Of a DNA stretch of 64,000 nt, positions 27,231 through 35,734 are shown one piece after another (within the stretch, counting starts at the first letter, position 1; every line of letters starts with the position of its first letter). Both the position numbers and the translations under genes were made by a program. The stretch is from NCBI GenBank assembly GCA_947311115.1, contig CAMZKE010000078.1, positions 33,892-97,891 of the forward strand. The letters are read 5' to 3'. This DNA comes from an uncultured Bacteroidales bacterium. Lineage in GTDB: Bacteria > Bacteroidota > Bacteroidia > Bacteroidales > JAFGXI01. Under the pieces are notes generated by a model. The model saw only the letters and a program-made list of their open reading frames with translations, was not told the origin of the DNA and did no database searches.

Positions 27231-28199
27231 ATGAGTGATATAAAAATAGAACCAATATCGAATTATGCACTAAGCAAAGAAAATAGACCTAAAGCTGTTT
27301 TTTCAAAGGTAGGGATAGTTGGTTGTGGAACAGTAGGGCAAAACCTTGCCCGTATGATTAGTGCCAAAGGTATTGAGGTTGTATTTGTTGAAATTTCGGA
27401 AGAAAGAGTAGAAAATGCATACAAAAGAATTGATGAAGATTTAGACCGAATGATAGATCGTTGGGGTATGACATCGGGCGAAAAACGAGCCGTTATTTCT
27501 CGTATTGAGGGAACTACAGATTGTTCTAATTTGAAAGATTGCGAAATAGTTTTTGAAGCTATAAGGTCAAAGTCAAAAGTTGCCGAAACAGAATTAGTTC
27601 AGCAAGTATTTCAAAAGATAGAGAAGAATATTAGTAAAGATGCAATAATTGCAACAAACGCAACAATATTAGGAGTTACCGAACTAGCATCGGTATTAGC
27701 GTATCCGGAGCGAGCATTAGCTATTCATTTTTTACTTTCTGTACCCGATGCACCAGTTGTTGAGGTTACTACAGGTGTGAAAACATCGGATGAAACAATA
27801 CGTAAAGCTAATGTTTTTGTTAAAATGCTTGGCCGCCGTGTAATACCTGTTTTTGAATCTCCAGGTGGTATAAGTGCAAGGTTGGTTTCTCCATTAATTA
27901 ATGATGCTTGTCAAATGTACCTTGAAGGAGTTGGTACTCTTGATGACATTGATGATATGATGACAAAGGGCTTAGGTATGCGTTTCGGACCTTTTGCTAT
28001 AGCTGATAAAATTGGAGTAGATAAAATTTTATTATGGCTTGATGGCATGTATGAAGAATATGGAGATTTAAAATATAAAGCACATACATTACTTAAAACT
28101 AAGGTTAGAGCAAATCATCTTGGTCGTAAAACGCAAGAGGGCTTTTACAAATACGATGAACATGGAAGAAGAACTGATAGAGCAAAATGTTGTCAGTAA
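27231..28199 (+). CDS. 3-hydroxyacyl-CoA (3-hydroxybutyryl-CoA) dehydrogenase family protein
   Basis: The Rossmann motif is VGIVGCGTVGQNLA. The 3HCDH N- and C-terminal domain layout is present (EAIRSK...; PGGISARLVSPLINDACQMYLEGVG..DDIDDMMTKGLGMRFGPF). Confidence 0.7.
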   Translation: MSDIKIEPISNYALSKENRPKAVFSKVGIVGCGTVGQNLARMISAKGIEVVFVEISEERVENAYKRIDEDLDRMIDRWGMTSGEKRAVISRIEGTTDCSNLKDCEIVFEAIRSKSKVAETELVQQVFQKIEKNISKDAIIATNATILGVTELASVLAYPERALAIHFLLSVPDAPVVEVTTGVKTSDETIRKANVFVKMLGRRVIPVFESPGGISARLVSPLINDACQMYLEGVGTLDDIDDMMTKGLGMRFGPFAIADKIGVDKILLWLDGMYEEYGDLKYKAHTLLKTKVRANHLGRKTQEGFYKYDEHGRRTDRAKCCQ

Positions 28200-28221
28200 T
28201 AAATAAAAAAAATATAGCAAA

Positions 28222-29424
28222 ATGAATATATTAGTATTGAACTGTGGAAGTTCATCAATAAAATATCAACTTTTTGATATGACAACAAATGTTGTAAAAG
28301 CAAAAGGTTTAGTCGATAAAATTGGAATGAAAGGAGCTTCTCTAACAAACACAAGAGAAGATAACGATAAAGTAAAGCTTGAAGGCGAAATCATTGACCA
28401 TCAAATAGGTATAGAGTATGTGTTAGGTGTGTTAACCAGCGAAAAACATGGCAGTATTAAATCTATTGATGAAATAAATGCTGTTGGACACAGAGTAGTA
28501 CATGGTGCCGAAAAATTTAAATCAAGTGTGTTTATTGATGATGATGTAATATTTCAAATGGAAAAATGTGTTGAGTTGGCTCCGTTGCATAATCCACCAA
28601 ATTTAAAAGGTATTTATGCAATGAAACAACTGTTACCTGATGTACCTCAGTGTGGAGTTTTTGATACAGCTTTTCATCAAACTATGCCGGCACATTCATA
28701 TATGTACGCTTTACCTTATTCTCTTTATAAAAAGCATGGTGTTCGTCGTTACGGATTTCACGGAGCAAGTCACAGGTACGTTTCTAAACGAGCTTGCGAA
28801 ATATTAGGAGTCGATTATAATAAGCAAAAAATTATAACTTGTCATCTTGGAAACGGTGCGTCAATAGCTGCTATAGATAAAGGTAAATCGGTTGATACCT
28901 CAATGGGATTAACTCCTGTAGAAGGTTTAATGATGGGTACACGTGTTGGCGATGTTGATGCAGGTGCTTTAACTTTTATAATGAACAAAGAGGAAATAGG
29001 TTATAATCAACTTAATACAATGTTGAATAAACATAGTGGAGTTCTAGGCGTTTCGGGTGTATCATCTGATATGCGTGAAGTGGAAGAGGCTGCCGAAGCA
29101 GGAAATGAAAGAGCAGCATTATCGCTTGAAATGTATGCATACAGAGTTAAAAAATATATTGGCTCGTATGCTGCAATATTAGGAGGTGTTGATATTATTA
29201 TTTTTACAGGCGGTATAGGTGAAAATGCTTGTGAGTTAAGGGCTGATTGTGTTTCTGACTTAGCATTTATGGGAATTGATTTAGATAATAGTTTAAATGA
29301 TGGTGCCAGAAGTGTTGAGAAAATTATTAGTACAGACAGTTCAAAAACAAAAATAATGATTGTTCCAACAGATGAAGAGCTTGTTATTGCTCAGGATACA
29401 TTGGAAATAGTGAATAAAATGTAA
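28222..29424 (+). CDS. ackA: Acetate kinase
   Basis: The sequence reads ILVLNCGSSSIKYQLF...GHRVVHGAEKF...PLHNPPNL...FDTAFHQTMP...YGFHGASHRYV...HLGNGASI...GLTPVEGLMMGTRVGDVD...FTGGIGEN. Confidence 0.95.
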   Translation: MNILVLNCGSSSIKYQLFDMTTNVVKAKGLVDKIGMKGASLTNTREDNDKVKLEGEIIDHQIGIEYVLGVLTSEKHGSIKSIDEINAVGHRVVHGAEKFKSSVFIDDDVIFQMEKCVELAPLHNPPNLKGIYAMKQLLPDVPQCGVFDTAFHQTMPAHSYMYALPYSLYKKHGVRRYGFHGASHRYVSKRACEILGVDYNKQKIITCHLGNGASIAAIDKGKSVDTSMGLTPVEGLMMGTRVGDVDAGALTFIMNKEEIGYNQLNTMLNKHSGVLGVSGVSSDMREVEEAAEAGNERAALSLEMYAYRVKKYIGSYAAILGGVDIIIFTGGIGENACELRADCVSDLAFMGIDLDNSLNDGARSVEKIISTDSSKTKIMIVPTDEELVIAQDTLEIVNKM

Positions 29425-29432
29425 ATTTGTTG

Positions 29433-29468
29433 CTCAACTATAATACTTTATAGTTGGGCATTTTTTTA
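29433..29468 (+). terminator. Rho-independent terminator after ackA
   Basis: An 11-bp stem CTCAACTATAA / TTATAGTTGGG (one G.U pair) has loop TACT and is followed by CATTTTTTT. Confidence 0.7.
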
Positions 29469-29516
29469 TATAATAATTTAGACTTTACATCAAATAAAAA
29501 AATGGAAATAATTATG

Positions 29517-29524
29517 TAGTTTTG
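29517..29524 (+). promoter_or_regulatory. Candidate -7 promoter motif (TAGTTTTG) for ptb-buk
   Basis: Matches TAnnTTTG, 27 nt upstream of ATG 29551. Confidence 0.4.
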
Positions 29525-29550
29525 CAAAAAAAAAATAAACCTTTTCGTAT

Positions 29551-30450
29551 ATGGAATTAAATAAGCTATCTCAAATTATTGATAAAGCAAAAAATATAGA
29601 AACAAAAACTCTTGTTGTTGCTGCTGCAGAAGATTTACACGTTTTACAAGCCGTAAAAAAAGCTATCGAAGAAAATATAGTTAAAGCTATTTTAGTTGGC
29701 GATTCAAGTAAAATTGAAGAATTTGCAAAACAAATAAATTTTGACATTTCAAGTATTGAAGTTATACATGAGTTAGATGTTGTAAAATCCTGTAAAACAG
29801 CAGTAAATATTGTTAGGCAGGGTGGGGGTGATATACTTATGAAAGGACTTGTAAGTACTGGCGTTTTATTAAAAGCAGTATTAGATAAAGAGTCAGGTTT
29901 ACGAAAAGGAGGTTTGTTAAGTCATGTTGCATTATTTGAAACGGCTCATTATCATAAACTAATTGGAATTACTGATGCAGCAATGAATGTAGAGCCTACA
30001 GTAACCGAAAAAGCTCATATTATTGAAAATTCGGTTGAACTATTTAATCGTTTGGGTGTTGAAAAGCCAAAAGTGTCTGTTTTAGCTGCTGTTGAGCTTG
30101 TTAATCCTAAAATGCAAGCAACACTTGATGCTGCAACATTAACAACAATGAACAACAGAGGACAAATTAAAAATTGTATTGTTGATGGTCCTTTGGCATT
30201 AGATATTTCCGTTTCAAAAGAAGCTGCTGAACATAAAGGTATAGTTAGCGATGTAGCCGGCGATGCCGATTTATTATTAGCTCACGATATAAATGTAGGT
30301 AATGTACTTTATAAATCGTTAAACTTTTTAGGAGGAGCAAATTCTGCCGCATTAATAATGGGAGCACAAGCACCAATAGTATTAACATCAAGGTCTGATA
30401 ATGAAAAAAGCAAAATGCTTTCAATAGCATTAGCTGCAGCTTTAGATTGA
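29551..30450 (+). CDS. ptb: Phosphate butyryltransferase
   Basis: This 299-aa PTA_PTB family member (VVAAAEDLHVLQAVKKA, ILMKGLVST, DGPLALD, LLAHDINVGNVLYKSL) lies directly upstream of butyrate kinase. Confidence 0.8.
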   Translation: MELNKLSQIIDKAKNIETKTLVVAAAEDLHVLQAVKKAIEENIVKAILVGDSSKIEEFAKQINFDISSIEVIHELDVVKSCKTAVNIVRQGGGDILMKGLVSTGVLLKAVLDKESGLRKGGLLSHVALFETAHYHKLIGITDAAMNVEPTVTEKAHIIENSVELFNRLGVEKPKVSVLAAVELVNPKMQATLDAATLTTMNNRGQIKNCIVDGPLALDISVSKEAAEHKGIVSDVAGDADLLLAHDINVGNVLYKSLNFLGGANSAALIMGAQAPIVLTSRSDNEKSKMLSIALAAALD

Positions 30451-30527
30451 TTTTCTTCGTATGTTAATGAATTTGCTAATATTAAATACTTATCTTATTG
30501 ATAGATAAATATAAACAAAATAAAATA

Positions 30528-31634
30528 ATGGAAGAGTTTTTACAGCATAATATAGACGAAGAAATTAGGATAATTGCAATTAATCCGGGGTCTACAACCA
30601 CAAAAATTGCAGTTTATCAAAATATGAATCCCGTATATTTAAAGACAATTAGGCATAGTATAGAAGAGCTAAAAGAATTTGAATCAATTATTGACCAATT
30701 AGCTTACAGAAAGCAAATTATATGTAAAGAATTGCGTGATGCAGATATTAAATTAGATTTGGTTCGTGCTGTTGTTGGTCGTGGAGGATTGGTTAAGCCC
30801 ATAGAATCAGGTGTTTATGAAGTAAATGAAGCAATGATTCGTGATTTAACAAATAGCCCATTAGGAGAGCATGCAAGTAACTTAGGTGGTTTAATTGCTT
30901 CAGATATGGCTGAAACACTGCCAAATGCACGTGCGTTTATTGCCGACCCTGTTGTTGTTGATGAATTATCTGATATAGCACGTGTTTCCGGTCATCCTGC
31001 ATTTAGGCGAATTTCTATTTTTCATGCACTAAACCAAAAGGCTGTAGCTCGTCAACATGCAAAATCAATATTAAAACACTATGAAGATTTAAACTTAATA
31101 GTTATACATCTTGGCGGAGGAATTACTGTTGGAGCACATCAAAAAGGAAAGGTTATTGATGTTAATAATGGCTTAGATGGTGAAGGGCCTTTTTCTCCTG
31201 AAAGAAGCGGTACATTACCTGTTGGGCAGTTAGTTTCTATGTGCTTTAGTGGTAATTACACAAAGTCAAAAATTAAGAAAATGATTAAAGGCGAAGGTGG
31301 ACTTGTTGCGTATCTCGGAACAAATTCAGCCTACGAAATAGAGCAAAAAGCTGCTGCAGGAGACGATAAAGCTATGTTTTATTACGAAGCAATGGCATAT
31401 CAAGTATCAAAACAAATCGGTTCAATGTGTCCGGTATTAAAAGGAAATGTTGATGGAATAATAATTACAGGAGGAATTGCCCATAGCAAATTTTTTGTAA
31501 ATATGGTTATTGAAAGAGTCTACAGAATTGCTCCTGTACATGTTTACCCAGGCGAAGATGAAATGAAGGCGTTGGTTTCTAATGGTTTAATGGCTCTTAA
31601 AGGTGAAATTAAAATTAAAATTTACGATAAGTAA
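30528..31634 (+). CDS. buk: Butyrate kinase
   Basis: The motifs are IIAINPGSTTTKIAVY, HASNLGG, HLGGGITVGAH, PERSGTLP and ITGGIAHS. I prefer ATG 30528 over the track's TTG at 30498. Confidence 0.9.
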   Translation: MEEFLQHNIDEEIRIIAINPGSTTTKIAVYQNMNPVYLKTIRHSIEELKEFESIIDQLAYRKQIICKELRDADIKLDLVRAVVGRGGLVKPIESGVYEVNEAMIRDLTNSPLGEHASNLGGLIASDMAETLPNARAFIADPVVVDELSDIARVSGHPAFRRISIFHALNQKAVARQHAKSILKHYEDLNLIVIHLGGGITVGAHQKGKVIDVNNGLDGEGPFSPERSGTLPVGQLVSMCFSGNYTKSKIKKMIKGEGGLVAYLGTNSAYEIEQKAAAGDDKAMFYYEAMAYQVSKQIGSMCPVLKGNVDGIIITGGIAHSKFFVNMVIERVYRIAPVHVYPGEDEMKALVSNGLMALKGEIKIKIYDK

Positions 31635-31643
31635 TATTTAAAG

Positions 31644-31659
31644 CCACGAATACACGAAT
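31644..31659 (+). repeat. 16-mer CCACGAATACACGAAT, second copy
   Basis: Identical to 17429..17444. It lies 10 nt after the buk stop and is followed by a weak hairpin, AATACC...GGTATT. Confidence 0.7.
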
Positions 31660-31730
31660 ACCAATTTATATTTAGGTATTAAATGGTGGATATAATTGCC
31701 GTTTCAGACTCTTTATTTTAAGGACAAATG

Positions 31731-33053
31731 CTAATTAATATACTTATCAAATTTACTCCAAAGCTGTTCTTTAATTTTTGTTCTATCAAAAATTTCACAA
31801 TCATCAATGCTATCAACTTCTACTGTTGTGTAGATTAGTTTTTCTTTAAAATCAGGAGCTCTTCTAACACCTTCGCCTACATTGATTAATACAATGTCAT
31901 TATCTTTAATTAATCCCTGTTTTAGTGATTTTAAAAAGCCGCCGAGTGCAATAGTAGAAGCCGGACCAACTCTAACACCTGTTTCATAAGCAACTAAACG
32001 AGCAATATCATAAATTTCAGCTTCATCAAAATTTAAAATATCGCCTTTGCTCTTTTTAACAAGCGATGCTATAATAGGATATGTTGCAGGGTTTCCTGTT
32101 GCTAAAGTAGGTACTGCTGTTATCGGGCTTTCAAGTATTGGGTAATCTGTTTCCCATCCTTCAGGAAAACCATTGGCTTTAGCTTTTTCCCAGCCTTGAG
32201 TCATTGGGTCGCAGTTGCTTGGCTGAACCATAATATAACGAGGGTAATGCTCAACTAAATGTAGGTCTTTAATATCGTCAAGAGCTTTATCAATGGCAAT
32301 TGGACCTGTTCCGCCACTTAGTGCTTGAATATAAACCGTTGGGAATGTATCCATCTGGCGAATCCACTCAAAAACCATTGTTTTTTTAGCTTCAACACGT
32401 GCAGGGTCAACATTACCACCTGACATTAGTATATTATATTTTGCAGCATACTCTGCTGCAATTTTCTTTGCTTTTGCATAATCACCTTTAACTCTGTAAA
32501 CTCTTTGTCCGTACACAGAAACTTCTGCTTCGTTTGCCATTAAAGCATCTTGAGGAATAAATACAGATAATGAAATACCTGCTTTAGCTAAATAATAAGC
32601 AAAAGCTGTTGCTATATTTCCGGTACTTGCAATACAATATTCTTTAATACCATTTTCTTTTAGTACACTTGCAGCCATTGCAGCGGCGACATCTTTAAAT
32701 GTGCCTGTACCCGGGTTTTTATCGTTTCTATAAATAAATACTTCTGTGTTTTTTAATCCGGCTCTTTTTGTTAGTTCTGTTAATGTATGACAATCTTCAA
32801 CAGGAATAAGCCCTTCGCCTTCAGTAACAATATTTTCTCTATTGTTTAATGGTAAATAATCGAAGTATATATCTAAAAAAGAATTTCCTTGTTTGGCATA
32901 AATAATATTTTTTAATTCGTCAACATCCTCTGTATATTCAACTTTTGAATAGTTCGAACCACACTCAGGACATTTTTGATTATTTGCAAACCAAGTTTTG
33001 TAATCTGGTGTAACATAGTTACATTTAGTACATTTTAATTTATATTTACTCAT
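31731..33053 (-). CDS. Threonine synthase-like PLP-dependent enzyme (ThrC/cysteate synthase family) with an N-terminal zinc ribbon
   Basis: The N-terminal zinc ribbon is CTKCNY...CPECG. The PLP-lysine motif is NPGTGTFKDVAAA, followed by ASTGNIATAFAYY and SGGTGPIA, features of fold-type II PLP enzymes. It overlaps the upstream TPR gene by 8 nt. Confidence 0.65.
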   Translation of the reverse strand: MSKYKLKCTKCNYVTPDYKTWFANNQKCPECGSNYSKVEYTEDVDELKNIIYAKQGNSFLDIYFDYLPLNNRENIVTEGEGLIPVEDCHTLTELTKRAGLKNTEVFIYRNDKNPGTGTFKDVAAAMAASVLKENGIKEYCIASTGNIATAFAYYLAKAGISLSVFIPQDALMANEAEVSVYGQRVYRVKGDYAKAKKIAAEYAAKYNILMSGGNVDPARVEAKKTMVFEWIRQMDTFPTVYIQALSGGTGPIAIDKALDDIKDLHLVEHYPRYIMVQPSNCDPMTQGWEKAKANGFPEGWETDYPILESPITAVPTLATGNPATYPIIASLVKKSKGDILNFDEAEIYDIARLVAYETGVRVGPASTIALGGFLKSLKQGLIKDNDIVLINVGEGVRRAPDFKEKLIYTTVEVDSIDDCEIFDRTKIKEQLWSKFDKYIN

Positions 33054-34443
33054 TGTTATTTTGTTTTTTTATAAAATCTTTAATAGATTTTGATATTTGT
33101 ATATCTGAAAAATTTTCGAGAATTTCCTCAAAAATTGAATTGTCAAGTTTTAATGCTTGTTCAAAATAGTTTTTACTTTCATCTATATTATTTATAAATG
33201 CGTAGTAAAAAGCCAATCTATATTTTATTTCGGCACTATCAAAAATATGCTGTTCTGCTTTTAGCAAAATTTCTATTGCAGCATCAATATCGTTTAATTT
33301 GTAGTATAAATCTGATAAAGTGTAGCTAAATTCGGCATCAATAGGGTTAATGCTTATTGCTCTTTTGTAAGCTTTTATAGCATCAGAATAAAACTCTAAT
33401 TTATAATTAACATTACCTAATTCAAAATGATATTCTTCGTTTTCTTCGTCTAACAATAAAGCACGTTTAATAAAATACAAACTCTCAAAATACACTTCGG
33501 TTTCGTACTTTATCATAGCTAAACCAAACCATGCATCAGCAAACTTTTGATTAATTTTTAGTGCTTTTGTATAGCATTTGTATGCTTTGTCATATTTTTT
33601 AATTCGCTCGTAACATTCGCCAATTAAGCAATATACCTCATGTTTATATTCGCTAAATTCTAAAAACTCTTTATATACATCAATAGCTTTGATAAATTCG
33701 TCCTTAGCAATGTAAATACTTGCAATATTAAGGTATGCAGGTTGGTATTGTGGATTTATAGTGATTGAAAACTCATAAGATTCAATTGCTTTTTTATAAT
33801 TTAATTCGTTTTCATAAACTGAGGCTAGGTTAAACCAAGCTGTTTCGTCAAAAGGGTCAGTATCAATATACTTTTTGTAATAAACAATAGCTTTTTTATG
33901 GTTCTTAATTCGCTCATAGGTTATAGCTATATCGTTTAATACAAATGTATTGGTGCTATTAATACTGTATGATTTAAATAAAAATTTAATTGCAATATCA
34001 TGCCATTTGTTTAACGATAAATAAGAAATTGCGATTTTGTAAATAGAATCAAAAGTTTGCTCTCTGCTTTCGTTTAAGCAAAATTCAATATGTTTATTGT
34101 ATAATTCGCTATTAGATTTTATTAAATATGCTGAAGCTTTTAATAGTTCAGTATCATAGTTTGATGCTCCTAAAAGGTTTAAAATAGTTAGTGCTTTGTC
34201 TGCTTTTTTACTAAGTATGTATAATTCAGCCTCTTTTTTCTGAATTTCGTATGCACCTGGGTGCTGATTGTATGCATATTCAATAGCATTTAATACATTA
34301 TTAAATTCATAATTATCAAAATAATATTCAATTATTTCAATAAATTCCTCTACATCAAAGTATTGATGCCTATTATTTTGTAAAGTATTTTCAAAACGAT
34401 CTATTATTAAAGCAATATCGTCGTTCGTTCCATATTCTAGCAT
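33046..34443 (-). CDS. Tetratricopeptide repeat protein
   Basis: Many 34-aa TPR-like units are present (AWFNLASVYENELNYKKAIESYEFSITINPQY, AYLNIASIYIAKDEFIKAIDVYKEFL, and others). Confidence 0.75.
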   Translation of the reverse strand: MLEYGTNDDIALIIDRFENTLQNNRHQYFDVEEFIEIIEYYFDNYEFNNVLNAIEYAYNQHPGAYEIQKKEAELYILSKKADKALTILNLLGASNYDTELLKASAYLIKSNSELYNKHIEFCLNESREQTFDSIYKIAISYLSLNKWHDIAIKFLFKSYSINSTNTFVLNDIAITYERIKNHKKAIVYYKKYIDTDPFDETAWFNLASVYENELNYKKAIESYEFSITINPQYQPAYLNIASIYIAKDEFIKAIDVYKEFLEFSEYKHEVYCLIGECYERIKKYDKAYKCYTKALKINQKFADAWFGLAMIKYETEVYFESLYFIKRALLLDEENEEYHFELGNVNYKLEFYSDAIKAYKRAISINPIDAEFSYTLSDLYYKLNDIDAAIEILLKAEQHIFDSAEIKYRLAFYYAFINNIDESKNYFEQALKLDNSIFEEILENFSDIQISKSIKDFIKKQNNNE

Positions 34444-34517
34444 TTTGCAAAATTATGAAATTTTAATGGGATATTATAAAAACCTTATAGTAACATATTA
34501 ACAATATGATATATTTT

Positions 34518-34606
34518 TATCTGTTTGGGTTAAATTACACGCTACTTGGGGCGTATAAATATTATTTCCCGTAATGATACTTTGTTCGCTTGCGGCTAGA
34601 AGATTA
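34518..34606 (+). repeat. Copy B (the diverged copy) of the two-hairpin repeat family
   Basis: TATCTGTTTGGGTTAAATTACACGCTACTTGGGGCGTATAAAT...CTTTGTTCGCTTGCGGCTAGAAGATT aligns with copies A and C along its whole length. Confidence 0.7.
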
Positions 34607-34626
34607 ATTAACGAGTAGTAAAGTAT

Positions 34627-35733
34627 CTATTTTAATGCTTTAGCTTCTTTAATCGATGTTTTTTTACCATCAACAAAAGCAACAGGAAATGAGTCTTTAA
34701 ACTTCTTTTTTACTTCTTTGTATAGAGTTGAAATTTTATCGTAATCTTTTTCTTTACCGTAAAAATATTTGTAAACATTAGCATCTTTAAACTCAAAAAC
34801 ATTTTTATAGCCCTTAAATTTAGAAGGTTTTATTTTTACTTGTTTTTTTGAAGTTGCTATTTGAATACTATAGTATATATCATGTTTTTTCACCTCTTTT
34901 TTTGTTTCTTTTTCTTCATATATTTTCTGTACTGGCTTATCAAATATTTCCTGTTTGTACTTTTTAAAAGCTCTGTATATAGCTGAAGCCATATATGTTT
35001 CACCATCTTCCGAAAATAAATATGTTGCTTCTTTTACATTAGATACAAAGCCTAATTCAATTAATACACTTGGCATTACAGTTTTATAAAGCACCCAAAA
35101 ACCAGCTTGTTTTACACCTCTGTCGTACCTACCAACTCTATTTTTAAATTGTTTTTGTATTTCGCCTGCTAAAAATGCACTTTGGTTTAGGTATTCGTTT
35201 TGGTATAACGAGAAAATTATTTGTCCTTCGGCAGAATTAGGGTCAAAACCTTCGTATTGTTCTTCGTAATTATCTTCTTGTAAAATAACCGAGTTTTCCT
35301 TTTTTGCTACAGCCAAATTACTAGCTGACTTATGTAACCCCATTATCCAACTCTCACAACCATAGGCTTTTGGGTTGTCATTTGAGTTTGCATGAATAGA
35401 AATAAACAAATCGGCATTTGCTTTGTTTGCAATTTGAGCTCGCCTATACAATTCAACAAATACATCGGTATTACGTGTATATATAACTTTAACATCTTTT
35501 AAGTTTTCCTCAATATACTTACCAAGTTTTAAAGCAACAGCTAAAACTAAATCTTTTTCGTTTCCTTTAGGTCCCATTGCACCAGGGTCTTTTCCGCCGT
35601 GTCCTGCATCTATTACCACTACCATCTTCTTTTTTGATGATGAATTATCTTGCGAAAAAGTTGAAAACGAAATAATTATTAGCAATGCTAACGAAATTAT
35701 TCTGAATAAGTTATATTTACTGGTATTTCTCAT
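34627..35733 (-). CDS. N-acetylmuramoyl-L-alanine amidase (Amidase_3) with a C-terminal SPOR-like domain
   Basis: A signal peptide is followed by VVIDAGHGGKDPGA...ISIHANS...GFVSN. The C-terminal segment YYSIQIATSKKQV...FEFKDANVYKYFYGKEKDYDKISTLYKEVKKKF resembles SPOR. Confidence 0.85.
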   Translation of the reverse strand: MRNTSKYNLFRIISLALLIIISFSTFSQDNSSSKKKMVVVIDAGHGGKDPGAMGPKGNEKDLVLAVALKLGKYIEENLKDVKVIYTRNTDVFVELYRRAQIANKANADLFISIHANSNDNPKAYGCESWIMGLHKSASNLAVAKKENSVILQEDNYEEQYEGFDPNSAEGQIIFSLYQNEYLNQSAFLAGEIQKQFKNRVGRYDRGVKQAGFWVLYKTVMPSVLIELGFVSNVKEATYLFSEDGETYMASAIYRAFKKYKQEIFDKPVQKIYEEKETKKEVKKHDIYYSIQIATSKKQVKIKPSKFKGYKNVFEFKDANVYKYFYGKEKDYDKISTLYKEVKKKFKDSFPVAFVDGKKTSIKEAKALK

Positions 35734-35734
35734 T

